Source: Eledone cirrhosa (Eukaryota). Taken from it: a DNA stretch of 64,000 nucleotides. The translations under genes were made by a program, and so were the position numbers. The notes below the pieces were generated by a model. That model was given only the letters and a program-made list of their open reading frames with translations, did not search any database and was not told where the DNA came from. Where the stretch lies: assembly GCA_964016885.1 (NCBI GenBank), contig OZ024741.1:76756001-76820000 (forward strand), read 5' to 3'. This document shows, piece after piece, positions 38,301-50,311 of this stretch. Within the stretch, counting starts at the first letter, position 1; every line of letters begins with the position of its first letter.

Positions 38301-41300
38301 GAGGAATTGGAAGGGAGATTGAGAGAAAGTGGAAGAGAGATAGGAGGAATTGTAAGGGAGATTGAGAGGAAGTGGAAGAGAGATAGGAGGAATTGTAAGG
38401 GAGATTGAGAGGAAGTGGAGGAGAGATAGGAGGAATTGTAAGGGAGATTGAGAGAAAGTGGAAGAGAGATAGGAGGAATTGTAAGGGAGATTGAGAAGAA
38501 GTGGAAGAGAGATAGGAGGAATTGTAAGGGAGATTGAGAGGAAGTGGAAGAGAGATAGGAGGAATTGGAAGGGAGATTGAGAGAAAGTGGAAGAGAGATA
38601 GGAGGAATTGGAAGGGAGATTGAGAGAAAGTGGAAGAGAGATAGGAGGAATTGGAAGGGAGATTGAGAGAAAGTGTAAGAGAGATAGGAGGAATTGGAAG
38701 GGAGTTTGAGAGAAAGTGGAAGATTGATGAGAGAAAGTGAAAGAGAGATTGAGTAACAGTGTAAGAGAGATGAGTGAAAGTGTAACAGAGATTGATAGAA
38801 ACTTGAAGAGTGATTGAGAAAGTGTAAGACAGATTGGGAGAAAGTGTAAGACAAATTGGGTGAAAATGTAAGACAGATTGGGAGAAAGTGTCAGACAAAT
38901 TAGGAGAAAGTGTAAGACAGATTGGGAGAAAGTGTAAGACATATCAGGAGAAAGTGTAAGACAAATTAGGAGAAAGTGTAAGACACATTGGGAGAAAGTG
39001 TAAGACAGATTGGGAGAAAGTGTAAGACAGATTGGGAGAAAGTGTAAGACAAATTGGGAGAACATGTAAGATAAATTGGGTGAAAATGTAAGATAAATTG
39101 GGAGACAGTGTAAGACAAATTGGGAGAAAATGTAAGACAAATTGGGAGAAAGTGTAAGACAGATTGGGAGAAAGTGTAAGACAAATTAGGAGAAAGTGTA
39201 AGACAGATTGGGAGAAAGTGTAAGACAGATTGGGAGAAAGTGTAAGACAGATTGGGAGAAAGTGTAAGACATATCAGGAGAAAGTATAAGAGAGATTGGG
39301 AGAAAGTGTAAGACATATCAGGAGAAAGTGTAAGACAGATTGGGAGAAAGTGTAAGACAGATTGGGAGAAAGTGTAAGACAGATTTGGAGAAAGTGTAAG
39401 ACATATCAGGAGAAAGTGTAAGACAGATTGGGAGAAAGTGTAAGACATATCAGGAGAAAGTGTAAGACAGATTGGGAGAAAGTGTAAGACAGATTGGGAG
39501 AAAGTGTAAGACATATCAGGAGAAAGTGTAAGACAGATTGGGAGAAAGTGGAAGAGAGATTGGGAGAAAGTGTAAGACCAATTGGGAGAAAGTGTAAGAC
39601 AGATCAGGAGAAAGTGTAAGACAGATTGGGAGAAAGTGGAAGAGAGATTGGGAGAAAGTGTAAGACCAATTGGGAGAAAGTGTAAGACAGATCAGGAGAA
39701 AGTGTAAGACAGATTGGAAGAAAGTGTAAGACAGATTGGGAGAAAGTGTAAGAGAGATTGGGAGAAAGTGTGAGACAGATTGGAAGAAAGTGTAAGACAG
39801 ATTGGGTGAAAGTGTAAGACAGATCAAGAGAAAATGTGAGACAGATTGGAAGAAAGTGTAAGACAGATTGGGAGAAAGTGTAAGAGAGATTGGGAGAAAG
39901 TGTGAGACAGATTGGAAGAAAGTGTAAGAGAGATTGGGAGAAAGTGTAAGAGAGATTGGGAGAAAGTGTGAGACAGATTGGAAGAAAGTGTAAGACAGAT
40001 TGGGTGAAAGTGTAAGACAGATCAAGAGAAAATGTGAGACAGATTGGAAGAAAGTGTAAGACAGATTGGGAGAAAGTGTAAGAGAGATTGGGAGAAAGTG
40101 TGAGACAGATCAGGAGAAAGTGTAAGAGAGATTGGGAGAAAGTGTAAGACAGATTGGGAGAAAGTGTAAGACATATCAGGAGAAAGTGTAAGACAGATTG
40201 GGAGAAAGTGTAAGACAGATTGGGAGAAAGTGTAAGACATATCAGGAGAAAGTGTAAGACAGATTGGGAGAAAGTGGAAGAGAGATTGGGAGAAAGTGTA
40301 AGACCAATTGGGAGAAAGTGTAAGACAGATCAGGAGAAAGTGTAAGACAGATTGGAAGAAAGTGTAAGACAGATTGGGAGAAAGTGTAAGAGAGATTGGG
40401 AGAAAGTGTGAGACAGATTGGAAGAAAGTGTAAGACAGATTGGGTGAAAGTGTAAGACAGATCAAGAGAAAATGTGAGACAGATTGGAAGAAAGTGTAAG
40501 ACAGATTGGGAGAAAGTGTAAGAGAGATTGGGAGAAAGTGTGAGACAGATTGGAAGAAAGTGTAAGACAGATTGGGTGAAAGTGTAAGACAGATCAAGAG
40601 AAAATGTGAGACAGATTGGAAGAAAGTGTAAGAGAGATTGGGAGAAAGTGTAAGAGAGATTGGGTGAAAGTGTAAGACAGATCAAGAGAAAATGTGAGAC
40701 AGATTGGAAGAAAGTGTAAGACAGATTGGGAGAAAGTGTAAGAGAGATTGGGAGAAAGTGTGAGACAGATTGGAAGAAAGTGTAAGAGAGATTGGGAGAA
40801 AGTGTAAGAGAGATTGGGAGAAAGTGTAAGAGAGATTGGGAGAAAGTGTGAGACAGATCAGGAGAAAGTGTAAGAGAGATTGGGAGAAAGTGTAAGACAG
40901 ATTGGAAGAAAGTGTAAGACAGTTTGGGAGAAAGTGTAAGAGAGATTGGGAGAAAGTGTAAGACAGATCAGGAGAAAGTGTAAGAGAGATTGGGAGAAAG
41001 TGTAAGAGAGATTGGGAGAAAGTGTAAGAGAGATTGGGAGAAAGTGTGAGACAGATCATGAGAAAGTGTAAGAGAGATTGGGAGAAAGTGTAAGACAGAT
41101 CAGGAGAAAGTGTAAGACAGATTGGGAGAAAGTGTAAGAGAGATTGGGAGAAAGTGTAAGAGAGATTGGGAGAAAGTGTGAGACAGATCAGGAGAAAGTG
41201 TAAGACAGATTGGAAGAAAGTGTAAGACAGATTGGGAGAAAGTGTAAGAGAGATTGGGAGAAAGTGTAAGATAGATCAGGAGAAAGTGTAAGAGAGATTG

Positions 41301-41315
41301 GGAGAAAGTGTAAGT
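32385..41315. repeat. Compound purine-rich satellite, ~9 kb (21/22-bp monomer family)
   Basis: 32750-32925: 42-bp dimer. 33055-36085: GAGAGGAAGTGGAAGAGWGATT (22 bp). 36520-38700: 43-bp dimer GAGAGRAAGTGGAAGAGAGATA+GGAGGAATTGKAAGGGAGATT. 38820-41315: GGGAGAAAGTGTAAGACAGATT (22 bp). Confidence 0.96.
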
Positions 41316-41639
41316 GGAGTAACTATTTAAGCCAGTCAGTCAACCAGCCAGATAGCCAAACATTAGCTTGAAAAATCGGGCAGGAATTTCTCTCCATGAT
41401 ATTTTCTCTTCAAAGTGTCCTGTTCTATGTATTGTTTTTATTGTTATGTTGTTCTTTATTCAGACCGCAATAACCCCCCCCCCCCCCCGCTAAATTTTAT
41501 TACATGTGTGTGTGTGTTTAATTCCATGTTAGTCCACTCAGCTGAAAAGTAATGAGTATATATATATAGAAAAGGAAGGAGCTGATCATCAGATCAAACC
41601 ACTGGTCTTTCCATTGCTGATACATACTTGATGAACCAG

Positions 41640-42130
41640 TTTATGAAAGTTATTGTAAGAGTTACTGTATAGCTAATTTGGAACAGAATTAACTGAGATA
41701 AAATGCAGTTTGCCTTTGTGCCAGGAAGAGCTATTACCAATACTCATTTCCTAGTAATAACAGGAGAAATACTTATCTAGTAGTAAGCATCTCTGCTTAG
41801 TATTCATTGTGCTGGAGATGTTCTTACTAGATGTTCCATAATCTGCAGGCTGTTAAGAAAACTAGGGGTAGATTGATGGCATGTATGGGCTGTGTGTGCC
41901 ATGTAAAAAGGCAGTCAATAAAATGAAGATTAAGAAGTATAGTGACAAATTTAGAAATTAAAAGATGTCCACTAGCACTTAGTCCTCAGTCCTGTTTGTT
42001 TGATAATCCTTCAGGCCATAACAGGAGTTTTAAGACTAGCTGTCCATGGAAATTCCTATACTCTAAAAACCTACTCCTTATAGCTGAATCTGTAATAGAG
42101 TTAAAGAAGAATTTCCAGAAATAGAGGCAT
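41640..42130 (+). mobile_element. Highly decayed RTE RT remnant
   Basis: ATGCAGTTTGCCTTTGTGCCAGGAAGA (MQFAFVPGR), CAGGAGAAATACTTA, TTTAAGACTAGCTGTCCATGGAAATTCCTATAC (FKTSCPWKFLY). Confidence 0.65.
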
Positions 42131-43019
42131 GGTTTCTATGGCTATTTGCCCTTCTTAATGCTAACCGTGTTTCAGAGTGTACTGGATGCATTAGAGAGGT
42201 TGCCAAATCTTTGTCTCAGTTTGTTCATCAACCACTTTATAGAGATTAGTGAGCGTGCTCCATTGTAATACCAAAACTAGATAGATTGTCTCATCCACAG
42301 CAGACTAAAAGAGATCTCTTCACTCTATGTCATCATCAATCCCTCATCGCATTTATCTTTATCATTGCAATGAATGCTGCATGGCATTACATGTAAAATA
42401 CATAAAGGAAACATTGCACATGGGAAATGGAAACCAAATACAGAAAATGAAGGGGGAGTAAACTGCCTCAAATAGATCATTACAATTTTTTGTACAGCCA
42501 TAGGTGAGATTACTACTTTATTTCTAGTACGAACAATGGCTAAGAAAAAACTGCAACTGGGAAAGATGTGTGTGGGACAATATAACAACACAATAGCCAC
42601 AATGTACAGAAAATACACATGTAAAGGTCTTGCTAAATAGGCAAAATAGCACAATGAACAATGGAATTACAATTAAAATAACACATTCCAAGAGATGACT
42701 GACAAGGTTTATAGATGCTTTTCATTCATTCTTCATCTTCTGTATTTGTTTTTCTTCCCTCTCCAGTATGTGTGTATGAGTGTAATCCATGTCTACAAGT
42801 TTTAAATTATAAACTTCGCTGTGAAATGTAAACAAATGTAAATATATTTTTATATCTTTCCGTAAGCAGAAAAATATTGCAATTGCTCTTCCTAATTTAA
42901 TTTCTACTTGGAAATTCACCAGAGAAAAAGTGCCCTCATTTTCGGACCACAGAGAGATTGATATCTTAGAGCTATTATATTAAACACAAACCTGGTCTCA
43001 GCTGAAATGATCAGTTTAA

Positions 43020-43127
43020 CCTTTAACATGCTCTATACAACATAAGGTACTAATAGAGTAATTTCCTCTTAATACATAATGCAGTTTCAAGGGAAGCAAT
43101 TCATAAAAATGTCTAGCATGCTAAAGG
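43020..43127. mobile_element. Small TTAA-flanked MITE
   Basis: TTAA|CCTTTAACATGCT ... AGCATGCTAAAGG|TTAA. Confidence 0.55.
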
Positions 43128-43813
43128 TTAATTTGCACAACTATGCATACATTGCCAATGTGGTTATTGGACAACACATTGTATATTGGATAATATGAAT
43201 TTCTTTTCTGTAGGTATACCTGCAATGTTTAATTTAGAAGCCTTGCTGTATAAAGAAAACAAATGTAAATACATTTCCTATATCTTTGCATAGCCAGGAA
43301 AATATTGGGATTGTTCTGGCTATATTCATTTTGATTCATGGTTGTCTGTCACAGTTGCAGCAAACCAGTGATTGATTAGCTGGAACCCTATAACCAACAG
43401 TTGCTATTGTTCATAAAATGTGATATTAAACAAATAAATAGGTCTGAATGTTAGAAAATAAAGACAGGGTTCCCCTCCACCCACCACACACACACACATG
43501 CACATACAGAAACAGCAATAAGCCAATGTTAAAGCTGCTACTTGATCACTCAACCTGCTAGAAATAGCAGTCGAATCACCTTCAAATTACATCCTACTAT
43601 CTTTAAAAAAAGGGAAGAGCCACATTTGATGATGTATTTCTGAAATCATCAAAATGAGAGGATTCTCTGGGATAGAATATTAGTTAGAATACTAAACTTG
43701 CATTGATTAGTTTCATAAGGTTATTTATCCTTTGTCACCATATTTCTAATGAAATACACTGCCTGTGTATTTCAATTAAGTTTGAAAATAATCAAAAATT
43801 TAGAGGAATTTAA

Positions 43814-44023
43814 CCCTTTACTCTATACATACTATTGTATTTTTATGGTAAAGGCTTTCTTTATCTTACATAATTATCTCACATATCAAAGCCATGAGAT
43901 TTTGATATCATTTATCTTGAGAATAATACCTTAACATTGGTATGAGCGGCCGGTTACAGTCAATTTGAACAGAAAGAGCTGCGAGAATTCTGGCTATATA
44001 CGGCCAGTTTAAATGTTAAAGGG
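43814..44023. mobile_element. piggyBac-like MITE (TTAA TSD, CCCTTTA termini)
   Basis: TTAA|CCCTTTA ... TAAAGGG|TTAA; the body matches the 60715-60935 copy. Confidence 0.72.
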
Positions 44024-44284
44024 TTAATACAATAACTAAGTTTTTCATTAGTAAATTGGTGTTGGTAACATCACTTACCAAATATTACTTAAATAAAATT
44101 ATGGAGAGAGGTTTTGATATCAACATTTTAACATGATCAGTTTTCTATCATAAAATATGGGCCAGTTTCAGGTGTCCAATTGGTTGTGAGTGGATATTTA
44201 TAGTGTGAGTGAGTGATTGAAGTGTGAGTGAAAACACAAGAGTGCATTAGAATGAGTGAACTAGTGAGTGAATGCAGGTGTGTG

Positions 44285-47200
44285 TAATTGTGGTGTAGTG
44301 GTTGTAGTGTAGTAGTTGTAATGTAGTGGTTGTAGTGTAGTGGTTGTAGTGTGGGTGGTTGTAATCTAGTGGTTGTAGTGTATTGGTTGTAGTGTACTGG
44401 TTGTAGTGTATTGGTTGTAGTGTAGTGGTTGTAGTGTAGTGGTTGTAGTGTAGTAGTTGTAATGTAGTGGTTGTAGTGTAGTTGTTGTAGTGTGGGTGGT
44501 TGTAATCTAGTGGTTGTAGTGTATTGGTTGTAGTGTACTGGTTGTAGTGTAGTGGTTGTAGTGTATTGGTTGTAGTGTAGTAGTTGTAATGTAGTGGTTG
44601 TAGTGTAGTGGTTGTAGTGTAGTGGTTGTAATGTAGTGGCTGTAGTGTACTGGTTGTAATGTAGTGGTTGTAGTGTAGTGGTTGTAGTGTAGTGGTTGTA
44701 ATGTAGTGGCTGTAGTGTACTGGTTGTAGTGTAGTGGTTGTAGTGTATTGGTTGTAGTGTAGTAGTTGTAATGTAGTGGTTGTAGTGTAGTGGTTGTAGT
44801 GTACTGGTTGTAGTGGTTGTAGTTTAGTGGTTGTAGTGTATTGGTTGTAGAGTAGTAGTTGTAATGTAGTGGTTGTAGTGTAGTGGTTGTAGTGTACTGG
44901 TTGTAGTGTAGTGGTTGTAGTGTACTGGTTGTAGTGTACTGGTTGTAGTGTAGTGGTTGTAGTGTAGTGGTTGTAGTGTAGTGGTTGTAGTGCAGGGGTT
45001 GTAGTGTAGTGGTTGTAGTGTAGTGGTTGTAGTGTAGTGGTTGTAGTGTAGTGGTTGTAGTGTAGTGGTTGTAGAGTAGTAGTTGTAATGTAGTGGTTGT
45101 AGTGTAGTGGTTGTAGTGCAGTGGTTGTAGTGTAGTGGTTGTAGTGTAGTGGTTGTAGTGTAGTGGTTGTAGTGTAGTGGTTGTAGTGTAGTGGTTGTAG
45201 TGTAGTAGTTGTAATGTAATGGTTGTAGTGTAGTGGTTGTAGTGTACTGGTTGTAGTGTAGTGGTTGTAGTGTAGTGGTTGTAGTGTAGTGGTTGTAGTG
45301 TAGTGGTTGTAGTGTAGTGGTTGTAGTGTACTGGTTGTAGTGTAGTGGTTGTAGTGCAGGGGTTGTAGTGTAGTGGTTGTAGTGTAGTGGTTGTAGTGTA
45401 GTGGTTGTAGTGTAGTAGTTGTAATGTAGTGGTTGTAGTGTAGTGGTTGTAGTGTAGTGGTTGTAGTGTAGTGGTTGTAGAGTAGTAGTTGTAATGTAGT
45501 GGTTGTAGAGTAGTGGTTGTAGTGTAGTAGTTGTAGTGTGGGTGGTTGTAGTGTAGTGATTGTAGTGTAGTGATTGTAGTGTAATGGTTGTAGTGTAGTG
45601 GTTGTAGTGTAGTGGTTGTAGTGTGGGTGGTTGTAGTGTAGTGGTTGTAGTGTAATGGTTGTAGTGTAGTGGTTGTAGTGTAGTGGTTGTAGTGTAGTGG
45701 TTGTAGTGTAGTGGTTGTAGTGTAGTGGTTGTAGTGTGGGTGGTTGTAGTGTAGTGGTTGTAGTGTAGTGGTTGTAGTGTAGTGGTTGTAGTGTAGTGGT
45801 TGTAGTGTAGTGGTTGTAGTGTAGTGGTTGTAGTGTAGTAGTTGTAGTGTAGTGGTTGTAGTGTAGTGGTTGTAGTGTAGTGGTTGTAGTGTAGTGGTTG
45901 TAGTGTAGTGGTTGTAGTGTAGTGGTTGTAGTGTGGGTGGTTGTAGTGTAGTGGTTGTAGTGTAGTGGTTGTAGTGTAGTGGTTGTAGTGTGGGTGGTTG
46001 TAGTGTAGTGGTTGTAGTGTAGTGGTTGTAGTGTAGTAGTTGTAGTGTAGTGGTTGTAGTGTAGTGGTTGTAGTGTGGGTGGTTGTAGTGTAGTGGTTGT
46101 AGTGTAGTGGTTGTAGTGTAGTGGTTGTAGTGAGTGTGGTTGTTGTGTAGTGGTTGTAGTGTAGTGGTTGTAGTGTGGGTGGTTGTAGTGTAGTGGTTGT
46201 AGTGTAGTGGTTGTAGTGTAGTAGTTGTAGTGTAGTGGTTGTAGTGTAGTGGTTGTAGTGTAGTGGTTGTAGTGTAGTGGTTGTAGTGTAGTGGTTGTAG
46301 TGTAGTGGTTGTAGTGTAGTAGTTGTAATGTAATGGTTGTAGTGTAGTGGTTGTAGTGTACTGGTTGTAGTGTAGTGGTTGTAGTGTAGTGGTTGTAGTG
46401 TAGTGGTTGTAGTGTACTGGTTGTAGTGTAGTGGTTGTAGTGCAGGGGTTGTAGTGTAGTGGTTGTAGTGTAGTGGTTGTAGTGTAGTAGTTGTAATGTA
46501 GTGGTTGTAGTGTAGTGGTTGTAGTGTAGTGGTTGTAGTGTAGTGGTTGTAGAGTAGTAGTTGTAATGTAGTGGTTGTAGAGTAGTGGTTGTAGTGTAGT
46601 AGTTGTAGTGTGGGTGGTTGTAGTGTAGTGATTGTAGTGTAATGGTTGTAGTGTAGTGGTTGTAATGTAGTGGTTGTAGTGTGGGTGGTTGTAGTGTAGT
46701 GGTTGTAGTGTAATGGTTGTAGTGTAGTGGTTGTAGTGTAGTGGTTGTAGTGTAGTGGTTGTAGTGTAGTGGTTGTAGTGTAGTGGTTGTAGTGTGGGTG
46801 GTTGTAGTGTAGTGGTTGTAGTGTAGTGGTTGTAGTGTAGTGGTTGTAGTGTAGTGGTTGTAGTGTAGTGGTTGTAGTGTAGTGGTTGTAGTGTAGTAGT
46901 TGTAGTGTAGTGGTTGTAGTGTAGTGGTTGTAGTGTAGTGGTTGTAGTGTAGTGGTTGTAGTGTAGTGGTTGTAGTGTAGTGGTTGTAGTGTAGTGGTTG
47001 TAGTGTGGGTGGTTGTAGTGTAGTGGTTGTAGTGTAGTGGTTGTAGTGTAGTAGTTGTAGTGTAGTGGTTGTAGTGTGGGTGGTTGTAGTGTAGTGGTTG
47101 TAGTGTAGTGGTTGTAGTGTAGTAGTTGTAGTGTAGTGGTTGTAGTGTAGTGGTTGTAGTGTGGGTGGTTGTAGTATAGTGGTTGTAGTGTAGTGGTTGT

Positions 47201-48660
47201 AGTGTAGTGGTTGTAGTGAGTGTGGTTGTTGTGTAGTGGTTGTAGTGTAGTGGTTGTAGTGTGGGTGGTTGTAGTGTAGTGGTTGTAGTGTAGTGGTTGT
47301 AGTGTAGTAGTTGTAGTGTAGTGGTTGTAGTGTAGTGGTTGTAGTGTAGTGGTTGTAGTGTAGTGGTTGTAGTGTAGTGGTTGTAGTGTAGTAGTTGTAA
47401 TGTAATGGTTGTAGTGTAGTGGTTGTAGTGTACTGGTTGTAGTGTAGTGGTTGTAGTGTAGTGGTTGTAGTGTAGTGGTTGTAGTGTACTGGTTGTAGTG
47501 TAGTGGTTGTAGTGCAGGGGTTGTAGTGTAGTGGTTGTAGTGTAGTGGTTGTAGTGTAGTAGTTGTAATGTAGTGGTTGTAGTGTAGTGGTTGTAGTGTA
47601 GTGGTTGTAGTGTAGTGGTTGTAGAGTAGTAGTTGTAATGTAGTAGTTGTAGAGTAGTGGTTGTAGTGTAGTAGTTGTAGTGTGGGTGGTTGTAGTGTAG
47701 TGATTGTAGTGTAATGGTTGTAGTGTAGTGGTTGTAATGTAGTGGTTGTAGTGTGGGTGGTTGTAGTGTAGTGGTTGTAGTGTAATGGTTGTAGTGTAGT
47801 GGTTGTAGTGTAGTGGTTGTAGTGTAGTGGTTGTAGTGTAGTGGTTGTAGTGTAGTGGTTGTAGTGTGGGTGGTTGTAGTGTAGTGGTTGTAGTGTAGTG
47901 GTTGTAGTGTAGTGGTTGTAGTGTAGTGGTTGTAGTGTAGTGGTTGTAGTGTAGTGGTTGTAGTGTAGTAGTTGTAGTGTAGTGGTTGTAGTGTAGTGGT
48001 TGTAGTGTAGTGGTTGTAGTGTAGTGGTTGTAGTGTAGTGGTTGTAGTGTAGTGGTTGTAGTGTGGGTGGTTGTAGTGTAGTGGTTGTAGTGTAGTGGTT
48101 GTAGTGTAGTAGTTGTAGTGTAGTGGTTGTAGTGTAGTGGTTGTAGTGTGGGTGGTTGTAGTGTAGTGGTTGTAGTGTAGTGGTTGTAGTGTAGTGGTTG
48201 TAGTGTGGGTGGTTGTAGTGTAGTGGTTGTAGTGTAGTGGTTGTAGTGTGGGTGGTTGTAGTGTAGTGGTTGTGGTGTAGTGGTTGTAGTGTAGTAGTTG
48301 TAGTGTAGTGGTTGTAGTGTAGTGGTTGTAGTGTAGTGGTTGTAGTGTAGTGGTTGTAGTGTAGTGGTTGTAGTGTAGTGGTTGTAGTGTAGTGGTTGTA
48401 GTGTAGTAGTTGTAGTGTAGTGGTTGTAGTGTAGTAGTTGTAGTGTAGTGGTTGTAGTGTAGTGGTTGTAGTGTAGTGGTTGTAGTGTAGTGGTTGTAGT
48501 GTAGTGGTTGTAGTGTAGTGGTTGTAGTGTAGTGGTTGTAGTGTAGTGGTTGTAGTGTAGTAGTTGTAGTGTAGTGGTTGTAGTGTAGTAGTTGTAGTGT
48601 AGTGGTTGTAGTGTAGTGGTTGTAGTGTAGTGGTTGTAGTGTAGTAGTTGTAGTGTAGCA
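44285..48660. repeat. 14-bp satellite (GTAGTGTAGTGGTT)n, ~4.4 kb
   Basis: Direct read. Variants include GTAGTGTGGGTGGTT and GTAGTGTACTGGTT. Source of the spurious TTTTTLQPLHYNHY ORFs. Confidence 0.97.
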
Positions 48661-49350
48661 TATGGCATTTTTGGAGATCAGATTCAGATTTTGTGTGTGA
48701 GAGAATGTGTGTGAATGTGAGCATATGTAAATATGTGAATGTGTGCATGTGGTATGTGTGTGAATACGTGTGTGTGTATGTATGCATCAGTATTTGAATA
48801 TGTGTATGTGTATACATGAGTATGTGTGTGAGTGAGTGTGAGTGTGTGAATTGAGCTAAGATTTAACCCCAGGGCCATCCACCCTGTGTGAATGTGTATG
48901 TGTGTGTGTGCGCGCAGGGTATGAATGTGCCTATGAGTGTAATTGTGTGTGTGTGTGTGTGTGTGAGAATCTGTTTGTTTGTGTGTGTGAGTGTGTGAAT
49001 GTTTGTGTGAGTGTCAATATGTACTGTGTGTGTGTGTGCTTTTGAATGTTTTCTTTTTCTAAAGCCCATTTATTAAAGCACTATAGTACAATGCATTGAT
49101 CTGTTACTGTATTGTGGTGTAGAAAGGAGTAGTGTGGGTAGTATGGTGTAGAAGTATGTTCAGATCTTGTGTTACAACTGACGCTTTGTCGTATAAATCC
49201 TTACACAAAGCATTATACACACAGATGCACATACACACACGTTTATACATATAAATATGCATAGATACATTTATATGTGAATATATATACATATATACAC
49301 ACATAAATAAACACACATTAACATATATATATACATACATATATATATGT

Positions 49351-49985
49351 GTCATCGTCATCATCATCACCGTTTAACATCCATTTTTCCATGCTAGCAT
49401 GGGTTAGACAAGTTGTCTAGATGTGAGCCAAGCCAGATCAGATGACCGTGTCTGGCTCACACTGGACCGATTTGGGCTTGGCTTCTATGGCTGGATGCCC
49501 TTCTTAATGCCAACCACATTTACTGGTGCTTTTTATTGTGACACCAAAACGACCCCTTTACAGTGTGGAATGGGTGCTTTTTGTTGTGACACCTACATGA
49601 TCATTTTACATTATGGACTGGGTGCTTTTTGTTGTGATACTTACACAACCACTTTATTGTATGAACAGGGTGTTTTTTGTTGTGACATCTACATGACCAC
49701 TTTACAATGTGGACAGGGCGTTTTTTGTCATGACACCTACACAACCATATTACAGTGTGGACTCAGGTAGGGGAGATACATGGGGATTGGAGAAGTATAT
49801 CTTGGGTGGGGCACTTATCAGGTGAGTGGTGGATCAATGGAAGTGTGTTCGGGCGTTGGAGTGTAAGGAAAGGAGAGGTAATGGAGAGTAGTGCATAATA
49901 GATGTATGCTTCAACCTGTGCACATGGGAAGGTGAGTATTCTGTATTATTGCATAATACCAGAGATCTCGACCCTGTGTCATATA
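49351..49985 (-). mobile_element. RTE 3' end with expanded ~40-bp UTR tandem module
   Basis: (CAT)n + CCGTTTAACATCC..., GGATGCCCTTCTTAATGCC, then ~6 copies of GGTGCTTTTTGTTGTGACACCTACA.GACCACTTTACAGTGTGGA. ORF end remnant (CCAGAGATCTCG) at ~49960. Confidence 0.75.
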
Positions 49986-49999
49986 TACATATATATATA

Positions 50000-50112
50000 A
50001 TATAGAAATAGTTCTACAACTGTTTCATTCGAAGGAAATCATCAGGAAAGCCCTTTCCTGATGATTTCCTTCTAATGAAACAGTTCTAGTCCTGTAGAAG
50101 CCATTTCTATAT
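50000..50112. ncRNA. Back-to-back hammerhead motifs in a short palindrome
   Basis: CTGTTTCATTCGAAGGAAATCATCAGGAAAG-CC-CTTTCCTGATGATTTCCTTCTAATGAAACAGTTCTAGTCCTGTA|GAAG. The plus copy has stem III ACAG/CTGT and a GUA site. Confidence 0.65.
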
Positions 50113-50311
50113 TTATAGAAATTTATAATAAATCGAAGTGAAAACCAACAGGTGAGTGTGTTTTTATTGGCAGCATGACCCTCCCAAAGTATAACAATAT
50201 ATATCTATATATAGCTCTCTCTCTGTATATATATAAATAAACATATATATAAATATATATCTATATAGAAATATACATATATATATATACATATACATAT
50301 ATATATATATA

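Noticed and set aside
34306-41059. Very long minus-strand ORFs (up to 1003 aa, S/L/P/F-rich)
   Set aside because: They are translations of the pyrimidine strand of the 22/43-bp satellite. They are open in several frames at once because the unit lacks stops; no protein signal.
32385-48660. CRISPR-like or telomeric interpretation of the arrays
   Set aside because: No unique spacers, no cas genes, eukaryotic context; no TTAGGG-type unit.
44247-48817. 1473-aa and 1436-aa mucin-like TTTTTLQPLHYNHY ORFs
   Set aside because: Product of a 14-bp repeat (not a multiple of 3), open in multiple frames, with no signal peptide or splice evidence.
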